In this document: positions 63,181-64,000 of the stretch, piece by piece
Position numbering within the stretch: the first letter of the stretch is position 1
Layout of the letters: each line of letters begins with the position of its first letter
Program-made: the position numbers and the translations under genes
The notes under the pieces: model-generated
The model's input: only the letters and a program-made list of their open reading frames with translations
Told to the model about the DNA's origin: nothing
Database searches by the model: none
Source: Mobula birostris
Lineage: Eukaryota
Assembly (NCBI RefSeq): GCF_030028105.1
Contig: NC_092380.1
Coordinates: forward strand, 70,057,717 to 70,121,716
Direction: 5' to 3'
Length of the DNA: 64,000 nt

Positions 63181-63703
63181 ATGAAAAACATCCAGTCTTG
63201 TTGTTTCTTTTTAGTGTGGAGGAAAGGGACAAGAGAATATGAAATGACCTAAGGTATATGAAAAGCTCAAGTATCTATAGGCCATCCATAAGATATTAGA
63301 TGCAGACAAGCCTTAGTTATCCATGTGAACTTTACAAGCGAGTAAATTTAAATCAGATGACACCATTGGAGCAACTCCTGAGACCTACACTGACCTTGTA
63401 TTTCTCATGTCTTACTGATCTCCTGGAAAGGGGGTTAAATGTAAACAACGAAACCCAATTCGGTACCTGCCCCTAGTCAATGACCTCGGGAGCACCCAAA
63501 ATCGGGAAGGGAAAACATATAGAAATGTTTCCATACACTTAAAAATATAGAAACCGATATGAGAATCTAACCTGTGACTTAGTGAGAGATTCGCTTTGCC
63601 CTAATCGTGCCTGTAAGTCCCGGAAGTCCATGCAGCAGCCTCGGCATAACCCTCAACCCCGAAGCCTGGATCACTGGATCAGAGCCCCCGTCCCTCGTTT
63701 TAC

Positions 63704-63779
63704 CTGAAAGTCGGAGCAGAGCCAAGAGCGTGACCACCCGGGGTACGAGGCGCGGCGAAAGTTTCCCGGCGCAGGCCAT
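63704..63779 (-). CDS. Exon 1: signal peptide MACAGKLSPRLVPRVVTLLALLRLS(E)
   Basis: ATG in strong Kozak context (gaggccATGG) inside a CpG island. Basic N-region plus hydrophobic core VVTLLALL. Ends TCA G|gtaaaa (phase 1), in frame with the IgV exon. Confidence 0.8.
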
Positions 63780-63826
63780 GGCCTCTTAACTTTCCTGCAT
63801 TTCTCCGTGTGAACGCCTATCGTGGG

Positions 63827-63847
63827 CACTTCCTTTCTTTCACTTTC
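63827..63847 (-). promoter_or_regulatory. IRF-E/ISRE-like plus ETS composite GAAAGTGAAAGAAAGGAAGTG
   Basis: Exact GAAANNGAAA core (63838-63847) abutting GGAAG, about 50-70 nt upstream of the ATG. Confidence 0.6.
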
Positions 63848-64000
63848 GGGAGGGCGAGGCGAGGCGCTGCGCCTGAGCAGTACAGTATAGGTGAGGGTAG
63901 AACCTTGCGCCACCATTTTCATCGTCGGCGGGGCGAGAAAGCCGAGGCAACCCGGACATCGATGAGCTTTCATCCCACGGGTCCAGAACACTTAAAACTC

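Larger units (their letters stand above)
16180..63779 (-). other. Whole gene model: B7-H6/NCR3LG1-like type I membrane protein, SP-IgV-IgC1-TM-(IgC1-like)x6, 977 aa, 10 coding exons
   Basis: Exon lengths 76+357+321+117+423+378+312+324+312+314 = 2934 nt splice into one open frame. All introns are GT..AG and phase 1. Family assignment is by recognition of the IgV sequence, not by a database search. Confidence 0.9.
63560..64000. promoter_or_regulatory. CpG-island promoter of the Ig gene
   Basis: Abrupt GC and CpG richness against a CpG-poor background. Overlaps exon 1. Contains a GC-box (ggcggggc, ~63927) and a YY1-like gccaccatttt (~63909). Confidence 0.8.

Overview
This is eukaryotic, repeat-rich intronic DNA, most likely from a cartilaginous fish (ray or shark); that assignment is inferred from the CR1/L1/Penelope/HE1-type repeat mix. 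Most of the supplied ORF track is noise or TE debris. One host gene spans the window on the minus strand (about 63779 to 16180). I reconstructed it by hand as 10 coding exons, all with GT-AG boundaries and phase-1 introns, giving a 2934-nt ORF (977 aa). The domain order is signal peptide, IgV, IgC1, transmembrane helix, then six more C1-like Ig domains. The ectodomain resembles B7-H6/NCR3LG1, but the six Ig domains after the TM helix should be cytoplasmic, and four of them have lost one canonical disulfide cysteine. The promoter is a CpG island with an IRF-E/ETS composite just upstream of the ATG. The introns and flank hold a full-length L1 with a 13-bp TSD, many CR1 fragments, a solo LTR with a 4-bp TSD and a truncated LTR element whose open Gag has an N-terminal hydrophobic helix. 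They also hold a retroviral pol fragment, Penelope-derived elements with hammerhead cores, an RTE-type element with an HDV-like ribozyme fold, hAT/Tigger/mariner relics, SINEs and one 160-N assembly gap. Exon coordinates were read base by base; most repeat boundaries are approximate.
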